From a virus (lineage: Duplodnaviria; Caudoviricetes), in IMG/VR virus record IMGVR_UViG_3300048598_000482, positions 1 through 43,930 of that record: a stretch of 43,930 nucleotides of DNA, one strand, 5' to 3'. The translations under genes were made by a program, and so were the position numbers. Below are positions 8,850-19,119 of this stretch, in pieces (position 1 is the first letter of the stretch; each line of letters starts with the position of its first letter). The notes under the pieces were generated by a model. It was given only the letters and a program-made list of their open reading frames with translations, was not told the DNA's origin and searched no databases.

Positions 8850-9602
8850 TCACTTGTATAGTAATTTGCAGCGGCCGCACTTGTGCCAATAGCCGCTGCC
8901 GCCCTGATTGATTCCCTCCACTACAACGCCAACATCGCGGCCTTTCGCGTGGATGACCATGCCGCGGCCGAGATAAAGACCGACATGCGTTTCGTCATTA
9001 GCATTCGTGGAGCTGTTTCGGAAAAGAAAGTCACCAGCGATCAGCTCGTTTCGTGCAACGGCGTCACACAGTGCCCAGAGTCCGTCGCAATTCTTACGAT
9101 CGTCCCAAATGCCATCCTCACGCATGAGCCATGAAAGGAAGCCAGAGCAGTCATGCGCCATTAGGTCGGAAATGCCCGCTTTGTACTGGCTATCGCGGAA
9201 GGTGATCGCGCGCGCGAACTCCTCATCCATCGCTTGAATCTTTGTGTTGGACAGATCAGTCAAACCAGATGCGCCCCAGACATAAAGGTCGCCAATACGG
9301 GTCAGCGCTAGCGCGCAGATTGCCTTTGACTTGTCCGATACCGTATCTTTCTTGACCGGCTCCGTCTCCGTAATCGTACCGTCAATCAGGGCCGCCCACG
9401 TTTCCTTCCCGATTACTCCATCGACGACCAGCGCGGCCTGGGACTGGAATCGCTTCACAGCCTCCAGCGTGTCTGCTCCGAACGTTTTCCTGGTCACCGT
9501 CGTGATGTGATCGCCATAGAAACCTAATTCCAAGAGCTTCTGCTTACAAAAAAGCACATCGTCTCCGGACGTGCCTTTCTTCAAAATGCGCGAAAATTCC
9601 AT
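8850..9602 (-). CDS. Endolysin: PG_binding_1 + NlpC/P60, copy 2
   Basis: Paralogue of 6112-6864 with the same catalytic motifs. Confidence 0.88.
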   Translation of the reverse strand: MEFSRILKKGTSGDDVLFCKQKLLELGFYGDHITTVTRKTFGADTLEAVKRFQSQAALVVDGVIGKETWAALIDGTITETEPVKKDTVSDKSKAICALALTRIGDLYVWGASGLTDLSNTKIQAMDEEFARAITFRDSQYKAGISDLMAHDCSGFLSWLMREDGIWDDRKNCDGLWALCDAVARNELIAGDFLFRNSSTNANDETHVGLYLGRGMVIHAKGRDVGVVVEGINQGGSGYWHKCGRCKLLYK

Positions 9603-9616
9603 ATTCTTTTTTCTCC

Positions 9617-11695
9617 TTACGCCGTTCTTTTCCAGAAGTAGCATGTGATATAAGGTTGCAGGTTGTTATGCGCCGAACCACTGCCGTTATATCCGACAGA
9701 ACCGGACACCGAGCCAGTATGATCGTGCGAACCCCCGGAACCAGTCGTTTGTCCGCTCGTGCTCCCACCGTTGGTCATATAGTAATAAGTAGAAGCTGAC
9801 CCACTTCCAACCTTATACGATCCCGACGATGCCTGATGGGTATGCGAGCCATTCGCGTTGATCGTCACCGATCCGCTGAACGAGTGATTGTGCGACGGCA
9901 ACTCCGCCGTCGCCAGTGTATGCGTATTTGCACCACCGGTTTTCTCCACCGAGTTGAAGTTCGTATCGGATGTATTCACACCCACCGGCACTCGGCCGGT
10001 GCCCCAGCGTACCCAGGTTCCTCCGAGAAACGTGCTCTCATCCGCGGCGGATACCGTCATGCGGATGCTCCCAATTGGGAAAATCAGGTTCGCCAGCCAC
10101 AAGACGCTCGAAAAGACCACATTTTTGTCAAACTGCACGTTTTCACGAAACCGCGCCGCCCAGCCGACATCAAAGCTATCCTCTTCGGCAACCTTCCCGA
10201 CTGCCAATCCCATACCGGTGCTCCGCACAGAGAGAATGACTTCCGCCGTGCTCAGGTCGGTGTACCCGTAAGCTTCACTAAAATAATCTCCAAGTATCAC
10301 GCGGATGTCATAGGTATACTGGTTCGAGAGACTTCCGCCGATGCGATAATTGCCGTTGACAGTAAACGTCGACAGTGTGAACGTCGTATCCGTGTAATAC
10401 GTTTCGCTCTTGCGCTTATATCCGACCCTGAGTAGGCGGGTATTCTTGCTATTCACAGAGGATACCGCACCGGTCACCTCCACCATGGCATATGTTCCTG
10501 TGTTGCTCGCATTACCCGCTGCATCGCAGCGAAAGATAGCCACGGACTGAACGGAGGGCGAATCATACGCCACAACCTCGAACGTTCCCGTCAGTACCGT
10601 TGTCCGACCGCGACTGTCCGTGATCGTCGTGCGTATCGTGTTCGTGCCCAGAGTTGTTAATTCATTTGTCGTGAAGGAGTTTCCTGAGTAGGTCGCCCCG
10701 TTAACCGTGGTCGAGATAGATGAAATCGACGAACTGTAGACACCGGAAGCAGAAATACTGACGCTTAACTTGCTCTTTCGTTGAACAAAACACGCGAATT
10801 GCGTCACCAATTCTTCCTCCGCCTCCGAGAACCAGATCGATCCCGTCGGCACAACGGATGCAGGAATCGCAGCGTTAATGCTCACCTGTGTTGTTCCTAG
10901 AAGAACGCCACCGGAGTAGGTATCGCAAAATAGTGTTCCCGCAACGCTCGTCGCGTTCGGCGCGGCGTTGGCTTCGTCTAGTGAGGGTGTCCATGAAATG
11001 CTTGTCGCCGAGGTTTGTGTTACGATCGTCGTCTCAGCACGCGAGCCAAACTTCGCCCGCATGGTATGCAGAAATGCGCTCGATGCCGGTGTGAGCGTGA
11101 TCGTCGCCGCGCTGCCGAGCGTGGCGGCTGAGATAATGGGCGTCGTAATGCGCGGGATCGCCGGCAACGATAGGACCACGCTACCGTTTGCCGATCCGAT
11201 CGAAGCGGAGTAGGTGCAGTTCGCAGTGAACGCCAGCGTGATCTGCTTTGTTCCATCCGAATTGTGCGCGACCGTGCACTCGCCATATGCTTCGCTTTCT
11301 GTACTCGCATTATCGGTCAGAATCATCAGATATTGGTAACCTAGCGCCGTATCATACGGCTCCTGGTACTGCGTGATATACTCGTCACGGTAAGGAATCC
11401 GCGAGGTTGCGAAGCCTCTACCCGTGCGGTTGTACACCACACTTCCGTCGACTGACACGCTCATAGCCCCACGCGAGTTCGAATCGATATTGCTGCAGGA
11501 AACGTCAAACTGCGATGTGTTCCCCGAGGTCGCCAGAAACACATAGAATCGAATGGTTGAAGCATTGCTTGCGGCAGATTGAGAAACGACCTTGTATTCG
11601 AGCCAGCAGGATAACTTGCTTGCCGCGGTTCCGGTCAGAGACCCGTTAACGATCGTGTATCCTTCATGAATCGATTCATACGGCCAATTCGCCAT
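9617..11695 (-). CDS. Tail fibre / receptor-binding protein (DUF859-like, C-terminal HxH fibre tip)
   Basis: Ser/Thr-rich beta protein, LPAIPR, ITDSRGRT, FPIGSI..FLGGTWVRWG.GRVPVG, HNHS/HTH/HDH, AHNNLQPYITCYFWKRTA. Confidence 0.82.
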   Translation of the reverse strand: MANWPYESIHEGYTIVNGSLTGTAASKLSCWLEYKVVSQSAASNASTIRFYVFLATSGNTSQFDVSCSNIDSNSRGAMSVSVDGSVVYNRTGRGFATSRIPYRDEYITQYQEPYDTALGYQYLMILTDNASTESEAYGECTVAHNSDGTKQITLAFTANCTYSASIGSANGSVVLSLPAIPRITTPIISAATLGSAATITLTPASSAFLHTMRAKFGSRAETTIVTQTSATSISWTPSLDEANAAPNATSVAGTLFCDTYSGGVLLGTTQVSINAAIPASVVPTGSIWFSEAEEELVTQFACFVQRKSKLSVSISASGVYSSSISSISTTVNGATYSGNSFTTNELTTLGTNTIRTTITDSRGRTTVLTGTFEVVAYDSPSVQSVAIFRCDAAGNASNTGTYAMVEVTGAVSSVNSKNTRLLRVGYKRKSETYYTDTTFTLSTFTVNGNYRIGGSLSNQYTYDIRVILGDYFSEAYGYTDLSTAEVILSVRSTGMGLAVGKVAEEDSFDVGWAARFRENVQFDKNVVFSSVLWLANLIFPIGSIRMTVSAADESTFLGGTWVRWGTGRVPVGVNTSDTNFNSVEKTGGANTHTLATAELPSHNHSFSGSVTINANGSHTHQASSGSYKVGSGSASTYYYMTNGGSTSGQTTGSGGSHDHTGSVSGSVGYNGSGSAHNNLQPYITCYFWKRTA

Positions 11696-11699
11696 ATCC

Positions 11700-13343
11700 T
11701 CACCCCGTTATCTTTTTGAAGTTCAAATTCCCGCTCTCGGGTACCCAGGCGTAACCGCCAATGCGCAACGATGAAAGAACCTGTACATCGTTGACGTATA
11801 GCTTTCCAGAGGAAAAATAGGCGATCGCGCTATCGGTGGTAACGCTATCCTCGCTGCCAGAAAAGAAGTACAGGATATCGTTTTCCAACTTGAGCTTGAT
11901 TGCGGATGTGCTCTTGCCGATCACAATGCCGGACGAAATCAAGCGTATGAAGCTGCGAACCGACTCAAACTGCTGCGACGTTTCGCCGTTCAGCGTTGAG
12001 ATACGGCTTGCTGTTTCCGTAAAGTTCGCCTCGATTGTCCCCGCCATGATCGAGAACGATGTTTGAATCGTATTCTGCAGAGCAACGAAATCCAGTGTTC
12101 GGACATAATCCTCAAGCGCAGTCAGTATGATCTGCTGTGCTGATTGCAGGATCGACGTGTTCTGGATGAGCTGCTCCTGCACAATCTGCTTGATTTCACC
12201 ATGCGTGGTATAATCCGCTTCGATTATCTCGATACGATTCTTCACCGACATATTCTGTCGTATCTCCTCGCCGACCAGAGAAGGACGCGAATCCCCAAGC
12301 GCAATGTCCGTGCTCGCCGGATTGTTAAGAGGAATCGACAGTTCGGATAGCACATATGTTTCTTCCGGGCAGAGCGTGCCGCAGGAAACAACCACCTTAT
12401 CCAGGAATCGGAACGACTCGACATCTGCGTCTGCGTTGTGCAGATCGACCGCCGAGAGCTTGATTGTCTGTTTGAATCGCGCGCCGGTTCCGTTCAGCCA
12501 TTCGAATCCTTTGTTCATTAGATTCGTTGCGTCGGTGATATCATCCCAAGTGGTCATGCTAGATGGCGCGAAGATCACGCCATATTCAGCCGCGAGGGCC
12601 GCATCGATCAAGAATTCCTGCCCTTCGTTCACGCTTTCGATCGTCAACCGCGCATCACTCTCCGATTCCGGGTCGATATCGCGTAACGCTGCGCCGAGCG
12701 GAACGCAGGCGGTATAGGTTTCGGATGCGCTCTTGCTCAGCACGAGGTCGATCAGGTTTTCTCCGAACTCGATCCGCTGCGTCGATGTGTCCGGAACTTC
12801 GGCAAGATAGTCCAGAATCGGGTTCCCATTCTCGTCATATCGAACGATCAGGTAACCCCCGAGTGTATCAAGCAAGATGGTTTTCAGCACTTGCCATGCG
12901 GATAGATACTCCTTGGTCGCAACGCTGACCAAACCGGTCAGGTCGCATGTCCCAATACCTATCCGTTGGTTCTCATTGACTTGGGTGTTGTGCGCGGCAA
13001 GTATATACGTCCAGATTTCCGCCGCAGTACCCTCCATGGTAAATGGGCTAAGGATGCTATCCACCAGAAACGCCTGCGCCCCTTCCGCCATTACCCATCG
13101 GTTCTCATATAGATCACGTTCATCCTCAATCGCGCGACCAAACCAGATCAGGGCATCGTCCCGATAGACCTTGATACGACTTTTTAACTTCTCCAGCACT
13201 CCATAGTGCGGATGTTCCTTGGATATCTTGAACGTCAGTACGCCTGGCTCGTTCTTCTTCTGTGTGAGTTCTGGCTCGAACACGAAGAAATCCGGTAAAC
13301 GTGGATCATAGATCACGTAGGAATCACAAAGTATTCGGTACAC
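11700..13343 (-). CDS. Baseplate hub / tail spike (Tal-like, prophage tail endopeptidase family)
   Basis: Position after Dit; QRIEFGENLIDL motif; C-terminal coiled coil. Confidence 0.75.
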   Translation of the reverse strand: MYRILCDSYVIYDPRLPDFFVFEPELTQKKNEPGVLTFKISKEHPHYGVLEKLKSRIKVYRDDALIWFGRAIEDERDLYENRWVMAEGAQAFLVDSILSPFTMEGTAAEIWTYILAAHNTQVNENQRIGIGTCDLTGLVSVATKEYLSAWQVLKTILLDTLGGYLIVRYDENGNPILDYLAEVPDTSTQRIEFGENLIDLVLSKSASETYTACVPLGAALRDIDPESESDARLTIESVNEGQEFLIDAALAAEYGVIFAPSSMTTWDDITDATNLMNKGFEWLNGTGARFKQTIKLSAVDLHNADADVESFRFLDKVVVSCGTLCPEETYVLSELSIPLNNPASTDIALGDSRPSLVGEEIRQNMSVKNRIEIIEADYTTHGEIKQIVQEQLIQNTSILQSAQQIILTALEDYVRTLDFVALQNTIQTSFSIMAGTIEANFTETASRISTLNGETSQQFESVRSFIRLISSGIVIGKSTSAIKLKLENDILYFFSGSEDSVTTDSAIAYFSSGKLYVNDVQVLSSLRIGGYAWVPESGNLNFKKITG

Positions 13344-13984
13344 TAGAGTGCTCCTTTCCGGTAGGTGAATGTGATTCGTCCTGTCCCAGTGATTCCGATC
13401 TCCGTGTCACCCTCCATGAGCACCAGCGATGGGACGGTGTGTGTCCCCGTGGCAAGATTGATCGTGTAATCCTTCCCCGAAAGCGTGAATGCCAGCGTCA
13501 TCTCGGCAGAAACAGTGATCGTAGGCACAACCGACATGCGCGTATTCGACAGCGTTACAGAAGCGGTGCCTGTGGGAAGAACTGTGATCGTGGTTTCAAA
13601 ATGGTCCAGTTTATACGGCTTTGCGCGGCATTCAAGCGACAGTTCGCAATATCCCGTGTGACGTTCGACATCATCTACCAAAATCCGAGCGTCGTAGTAG
13701 TAGGTCGGGTCGCGGTCGAAGATCACGTTCATGCGCCGGCCATGCACATCGGCCGCGAACGCGGAGATCAGCGTGTCGAACGGCGCGCGAGCATACAGAG
13801 TGAGCGGGATGATCCTGTCGGCGTATCGCACCGTGCCGAACGCTTCCGACAGGTCGAGCGCGCCATCGCGTCCGGGGATCTCCACGAAGTTCGTTTGCGG
13901 CTCAGGCATAGGAATGGCGTAGGGAGCGACGATCAGGCCATAGTCCGCGTGCGCCCACTTGGTACCGAATCGGATGTCACTCAC
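13343..13984 (-). CDS. Distal tail protein (Dit)
   Basis: VEIPGRDGALDLSEAFG..Y.DR; GTG start overlapping the tape-measure stop. Confidence 0.8.
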   Translation of the reverse strand: MSDIRFGTKWAHADYGLIVAPYAIPMPEPQTNFVEIPGRDGALDLSEAFGTVRYADRIIPLTLYARAPFDTLISAFAADVHGRRMNVIFDRDPTYYYDARILVDDVERHTGYCELSLECRAKPYKLDHFETTITVLPTGTASVTLSNTRMSVVPTITVSAEMTLAFTLSGKDYTINLATGTHTVPSLVLMEGDTEIGITGTGRITFTYRKGAL

Positions 13985-16320
13985 GTCAGTCGCCCCTTTC
14001 GCCTGCGAATCGCGCCGAGCGCGTCGTCCATGGCCGGCGCAAGCCAACCGATGGTCGCACCGGTGTCAGCGACCAGCTGCATGCCCGCGAGCTGCGGTAG
14101 GTACCGCCGCACTTCGCCGATCAGGACGTCCAATTTCTGTGATAGCAGGTCGCTCGTGCCGCCGATACCGATGCTGTTCGGCAGGTTCGTCAGCACGTCG
14201 ATCGCGCTGACATCTACGCTGGTCGGGATCGCGCTCTGAATCTGCTTGTTTACGTCCTCCATAGCGTCGGTGAACCCGACGCCCACGCCCTCGCCCATAT
14301 TTTCGCCGATCCCGGCGAACACCTTTGACGGTGACGCGATACCGAGCGCTCTCTTCGCGCTTTTCACGATATTGGAGAAGAAATCACGCACCTTGCTTGC
14401 GAGCCAAGAGGCCATGCTCTTGATGCCTTCCCACAGCCCGTTGACGATGTTCTTACCGATTTCCACTACGGAAGATACCGATGATCCGAAACCGTTCAAA
14501 ATCGCGGAGACGATCTGCGGCAGAGCGGCGATCAGTTGCGGTAGCGCCTTGATCAAGCCAATCGTGAGCTGAACCGTAAACTCGATACCCATAGCCATAA
14601 GGGTTGGGAGATTGTTCATGAAGAAGTTGATGATCCCCGTAATGAGCTTCGGTAGCGCTTCGATCAGTTTTGGCAGCGCGCGGATGATGCCCTCCGCTAA
14701 ACCTTTCACAATCGAAAACGCCGCATCCAGTATCTTGTCCATGTTGTCGAACAGTGTTTCACAGATCAGCAACACCGCCTCTATGATCGCGGGAATCAGT
14801 GTCGGCAGCGCATCGCCAATACCTTGTTCGAGCGATGCGACCATCTGAATCGCCGCCTCCACCAATGCTGGCAGCATGTCGACAATCCCCTGTGCGAGGG
14901 TGGTGATCAGCTGCACCGCACCGTCCGTAAACTGCGGAAGTGCCGTGATCACACCCTGCAACAGCGTCATAACGATGCCAGACGCGGCGGAGATCAATGT
15001 CGGCAAATTCGCCGCCAGCGCGCCGCCAATCGCGCTCACGATACTCATACCAACCTGCACAAATTGCGGCAGGCTTCCGAGAATCAGGTTTGCGATCCCG
15101 CCGACCGTCTCGCCGAGTACGACGGTGATCTTATCGAAGTCGCCGCCTGCCTCGGCAAGCCCCGAGGTGAAATTGCCAAGTCGCGATACGCCGTCGTCCG
15201 CGAGCGTCTGTAATTGTGGGAGCAAAACCGTACCCATGACCCGCTGCGCCGCTTCCGAGCCCTGTTTGAGTCGCTGCAAAGAATCGTCAAACGCGCCGAA
15301 CTTCGCGATCGTATCCTCGCTCAGCACTGCACCCATGCGTTTTGCTTCGTCCGTCAGCGCAGCGATGCCCTCGCTACCCTGCGCGATCAGGGGGTTCAGG
15401 TCCTGTGCGCTCTTGCCAAAGAGTTGCATTGCTAGCGCGTCGCGCTCCGTTTCATTCGCCACCTGCCCGAGCGCGTCGATGGCGTCCCAGTAAACATCTT
15501 CGCTGCTTCGAAGCGTCCCGTCCGCATTGGTCACCGACACGCCGAGGCGATCGTATGCTTTGGCAAACTGCTCGCTCCCGCCAGCGGCATTAGACATGGA
15601 TTTCACGTTCTTCGCCATGGAGCCGGTCATGGTCTCCAGCGACACATCCACAAGGTCGGCGGCATAGGAATACGCCTGCAGCCGTTCCACGCTCATGCCG
15701 GTGATGGAACTTTGCGTTAGCATTTCATCCGCATATGCGGCAGTATTGACGGTCATGTCAATGAGCGCTTTACCAGCCGCAACCGCCGCTGTACCGATTG
15801 CCACCATGGCCGCGCCAAGCGCGACTCCAATGCCCTTGACGACCGAACCAAGTTTGTCGAAACGACCACCAGCATCGTCGGCTTGATCGGCGGACTGTTT
15901 GATCTCATCGCCGAACTCGTCCGCCTGTTTACCAGCCGAGTCCAGATCACTCGCCGTGCTCTCCAGTGCGGTTTCGTTTGCGCCGAGCTCGCGCTCCATT
16001 CCGTTAAGGGCTGCTTTCGCGTTGTTGAGCTGAACCTGCCAAGATTGAGTGCGCTTATCGTTCTCCCCAAAAGAAGAAGCCGCGTTCTGCAACGCGGCTT
16101 CGAGGGTTTCGACCTTTTCTTTTTGAGCATCGATCTCTTTTCGCAGGACTTGGTTTCGGGCGGTCAGAGCACCGACCGATTTGTCCTGCTTGTCGAACTG
16201 TGAGGTGACGAGGTTCATCTCGCTCCCGAGAACCTTAAATGATTGGTTGATCTCAGAGAGCGCTTTCTTGAACTCTTTTTCGCCCTCAATCCCAATCTTG
16301 AGTCCAAAGTCGGACGGCAT
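13981..16320 (-). CDS. Tail tape measure protein
   Basis: FGLKIGIEGEKEFK N-terminus, coiled coil, amphipathic Pro-spaced repeats, LGIASPSKVF. Confidence 0.93.
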   Translation of the reverse strand: MPSDFGLKIGIEGEKEFKKALSEINQSFKVLGSEMNLVTSQFDKQDKSVGALTARNQVLRKEIDAQKEKVETLEAALQNAASSFGENDKRTQSWQVQLNNAKAALNGMERELGANETALESTASDLDSAGKQADEFGDEIKQSADQADDAGGRFDKLGSVVKGIGVALGAAMVAIGTAAVAAGKALIDMTVNTAAYADEMLTQSSITGMSVERLQAYSYAADLVDVSLETMTGSMAKNVKSMSNAAGGSEQFAKAYDRLGVSVTNADGTLRSSEDVYWDAIDALGQVANETERDALAMQLFGKSAQDLNPLIAQGSEGIAALTDEAKRMGAVLSEDTIAKFGAFDDSLQRLKQGSEAAQRVMGTVLLPQLQTLADDGVSRLGNFTSGLAEAGGDFDKITVVLGETVGGIANLILGSLPQFVQVGMSIVSAIGGALAANLPTLISAASGIVMTLLQGVITALPQFTDGAVQLITTLAQGIVDMLPALVEAAIQMVASLEQGIGDALPTLIPAIIEAVLLICETLFDNMDKILDAAFSIVKGLAEGIIRALPKLIEALPKLITGIINFFMNNLPTLMAMGIEFTVQLTIGLIKALPQLIAALPQIVSAILNGFGSSVSSVVEIGKNIVNGLWEGIKSMASWLASKVRDFFSNIVKSAKRALGIASPSKVFAGIGENMGEGVGVGFTDAMEDVNKQIQSAIPTSVDVSAIDVLTNLPNSIGIGGTSDLLSQKLDVLIGEVRRYLPQLAGMQLVADTGATIGWLAPAMDDALGAIRRRKGRLT

Positions 16321-16351
16321 TTCATCACCTCCTTAACGCGAAAACGGACAT

Positions 16352-16376
16352 AAAAAAACGACCCGAAGGTCGTTTT
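16352..16376 (-). terminator. Intrinsic terminator of the lipoprotein moron
   Basis: Minus strand AAAACGACC-TTCG-GGTCGTTTTTTT (cUUCGg loop). Confidence 0.85.
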
Positions 16377-16475
16377 AGAGAAATACTTGCTATGCAATTA
16401 TTGCTCATACAATTCTGATGATTCTAAACACAATCCTTAGAATCGACTTACTGTCTAGTCCCTCAGCAACTACAC

Positions 16476-18713
16476 TTACTTTGCAAAAGATGAGCCTTGT
16501 TTGTCTCCCAACTCATTGGCAATGATTTCTGCAATCGTTGCTTGCTTGTAAGCTATATACCGACACTCTGTCTCTCCTTGTGGTGTCCAGTAAGCAAGCC
16601 ACCCACCGTTTGTCTGGACGTAAGTATTACCCTCTAGCACGGGTAGAAACTCAGCTTTAGCACCAGAGGTAATCAACGGTCCAGTTGAAAGATAAAACAC
16701 GTTATTTCTCATAACGAAGTTCTTGGCTGCATTCGGGTGACGGTGTCCCTCGTATGCAGAGCTAAATGCAGACCATTCTGGCATAATGGTGGACGTGAAT
16801 CCAAAGCCAGTGTAAAGGAAGTAGTTATCCTCGATCAGCGTGTTCTCCATTCTATGCGTGCCAAAGCCCGCGTTGTCCTCTAGTGTGAAGAAGATTTCAA
16901 TGGGCATGTTAATATATGCGAATAGGTTCCGCGCGTAGGTAATGTTTTGTTGCAGAACATCATGATACCCAGTGTTCTCATTTCCTGTGACTGCAGCATT
17001 TTCCTGTGGGTCCTGATTGGAGACTCCTGCGTCGAAGCACTGATAAATATAACAATCCGTGACCGAATAATGGTCATAGCTGCCATCGCACTCCACGCCA
17101 TTACCATAGATAGCAGCTTCGCCAGTATCATAGGAATAATACTGTATACTGCCGCCGATCCAGCCAATCTCACAGAAGCTGACATCAAAGCCCATATCGC
17201 CACCAAAAATAGCATGCGAGCCGCAGTACTTTATGCAAAGATTGTTAAACACCGCATCGTCCGCAGGAATAATGATGTTTTGTCGTTCTGCAAACTCAAT
17301 GCTTTGATATACCTCTCCCGGATTCCCTTCATCACAACGCAGATAGAGATCGCCCACGACTTCGGGTCTCTCGTTATAATCGCAGTTATCCATCACGGTA
17401 TAACGGAAAGGGGCTCCATCATACAAAATGCTGTCCGCCTCCGAGAAGAAATCAAGATCCTGTGAAAGTTCCTGTACCAAATCGAAGGGCTGCCCTTGAT
17501 TTACGGTGGAAACGTATCCGTTCAAATAAGCTGGATAAATTCCGTGCGCATAGGATTCTCCTTCGTTGAATATGATGTTGCCGCAGTGCATCAGCTGTTC
17601 GGAAAAGTGCCAAATGTTCTCTGTTCCTTCAACAAGTGTCCATTTCGAGGGGTCCGCGCCGTTGCAGGAGGAGGCGTAAATTTTGGGTTTATCTCCCTCT
17701 CCATATGCCGAGTAGATCACACCCTTTTGCGCCCAAAGCTGTCCGCGCCATAGATCTCCGCGCAGGAAATACACACCGTCTCCCGCCTTCAAAGAAGCGG
17801 TGTTTACCTTTTCTAGTGTTGCCCAGGCTGTTTCCGGGCTCTTGCCATCAGCGGTATCATCACCGCCGCTTGAAGAGATGTAGTAAGAGGTGCCGGTGCA
17901 TGTGAGGCTATCCTGATTACTGAGAATCCGCTGCTTCAGGTCATCTGCCCGCTTCAAAAGCGCCTCGTCCTCTTCTGTGGGTACGCGACTCAGCATAATA
18001 TCGATACCAAGAAATTCCGAGTGATATAAACGTATTACAGCGGCAATTGCATCTTCTTTGGTTAGCTCCGCATTTAAGTGGAAATCCATGTATTCATCGC
18101 AGGATAAGAAATGCGTCCGTTGGCTCAGATCCATACGTCGCTGCATGTAGTAAACAGCGGTTGATGCAACATTTCCAACGGGATCCTGTGACCCATCAGA
18201 AAATAAAAGAGACATCTGGCGTTCTGCATCGGTGAGATACGGATAATCCCATGACAGTTGAGAAAACATCAGGTCATAGTTCACTTCGTTTTCAATGCAA
18301 AAACCGTAGTCGCGCGCATTGTAAGTTGTCCAACCGAGTGCATCAGCGGCCTCCATGATCATAACCAGTGCATCATCCCGGCGCATAGAGCGCGAAGGGA
18401 ATCCGTCCTTATTCACCTTCTCTGTCCAGCTTGTCAAAGCATTCTCGTCTACGGAAGAAATCAGTTTGCTCACCATATCATAGAACGATATAAAGTCTGC
18501 TGAACCGCTCAAATCGGATTCCCAAGCATCCGGCTCAATGCCCATGGTTTTCGCTTCCGCAACTTCAGGCAAGGTGCTGACAACTGGCGTTTCCGATACA
18601 GCCGGTTCTACCGTGGGGGCAATGGTTGCAGTTGGTTCCACATTTTGAGTCGAACAAGATGTTAACGAAAGTATGAATACAAGAACTAATAAGAAACAAA
18701 TAAGCTTTTTCAT
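16476..18713 (-). CDS. Lipoprotein with right-handed beta-helix (pectin-lyase-like) domain; moron
   Basis: Signal peptide and lipobox LSLTSC, Pro/Thr linker, YYISSSGGDDTADGKSPETAWATLEKVN..LKAGDGVYFLRGD motif, repeated beta-helix rungs; lower GC than flanking tail genes. Confidence 0.75.
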   Translation of the reverse strand: MKKLICFLLVLVFILSLTSCSTQNVEPTATIAPTVEPAVSETPVVSTLPEVAEAKTMGIEPDAWESDLSGSADFISFYDMVSKLISSVDENALTSWTEKVNKDGFPSRSMRRDDALVMIMEAADALGWTTYNARDYGFCIENEVNYDLMFSQLSWDYPYLTDAERQMSLLFSDGSQDPVGNVASTAVYYMQRRMDLSQRTHFLSCDEYMDFHLNAELTKEDAIAAVIRLYHSEFLGIDIMLSRVPTEEDEALLKRADDLKQRILSNQDSLTCTGTSYYISSSGGDDTADGKSPETAWATLEKVNTASLKAGDGVYFLRGDLWRGQLWAQKGVIYSAYGEGDKPKIYASSCNGADPSKWTLVEGTENIWHFSEQLMHCGNIIFNEGESYAHGIYPAYLNGYVSTVNQGQPFDLVQELSQDLDFFSEADSILYDGAPFRYTVMDNCDYNERPEVVGDLYLRCDEGNPGEVYQSIEFAERQNIIIPADDAVFNNLCIKYCGSHAIFGGDMGFDVSFCEIGWIGGSIQYYSYDTGEAAIYGNGVECDGSYDHYSVTDCYIYQCFDAGVSNQDPQENAAVTGNENTGYHDVLQQNITYARNLFAYINMPIEIFFTLEDNAGFGTHRMENTLIEDNYFLYTGFGFTSTIMPEWSAFSSAYEGHRHPNAAKNFVMRNNVFYLSTGPLITSGAKAEFLPVLEGNTYVQTNGGWLAYWTPQGETECRYIAYKQATIAEIIANELGDKQGSSFAK

Positions 18714-19119
18714 GCGACTTGGCTCCTAAATAAAATACTTAGCTTCAAGATGAAAATGATCTCTTTTCCTCGTATACACACGATTATGATTGACACTGTT
18801 ATGATTAGAAAACATCTTTTTGATTAAACCACCACTAGTTTGCGCTGTCAATATACTAGGTAAGAATATCGTTGCAAGATTTAGCAAAGTCAAACCATCA
18901 TACTTCTATCAAAACAGTATCTCCGTCTCTTTATGAAAGACCCCACGAAAGAACTCGTTAACAAGAATGCTAGTTTAAAGATCCACTGTTCTCAAAAGAA
19001 TGCAATTTGACTAATAGGGTTTTCCTATCTGGCGGCAAGATCCATTTTGGATCACCAACAGTAAGTCGGACAGATTTTAAAGTTGCAGGATCTCTTGAAA
19101 TATACACCTATAGGTTTCT

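Larger units (their letters stand above)
7753..10492. repeat. Diverged direct repeat copy 2
   Basis: Begins TAGTCGAACCGACTATCAAG (identical to 3027-3046) and ends CCATGGCATA (identical to 7745-7754). Confidence 0.95.

Noticed and set aside
6879-10492. Diversity-generating retroelement (TR/VR pair in the tail fibre)
   Set aside because: No reverse transcriptase in the window. The repeat is kilobases long, and differences are mostly synonymous and involve all bases rather than being adenine-specific.
5029-10492. Invertible tail-fibre shufflon driven by the tyrosine recombinase
   Set aside because: The copies are in direct orientation, include lysis and xis genes, and no inverted crossover sites flank them.
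14480-15100. Repeat array or CRISPR-like periodicity in the tape-measure gene
   Set aside because: Ordinary degenerate amphipathic protein repeats of tape-measure proteins; no identical DNA repeats with spacers.
18714-19119. Riboswitch or small gene upstream of the lipoprotein
   Set aside because: AT-rich with only short dyads; no convincing match to a riboswitch consensus I can recognise and no credible ORF.
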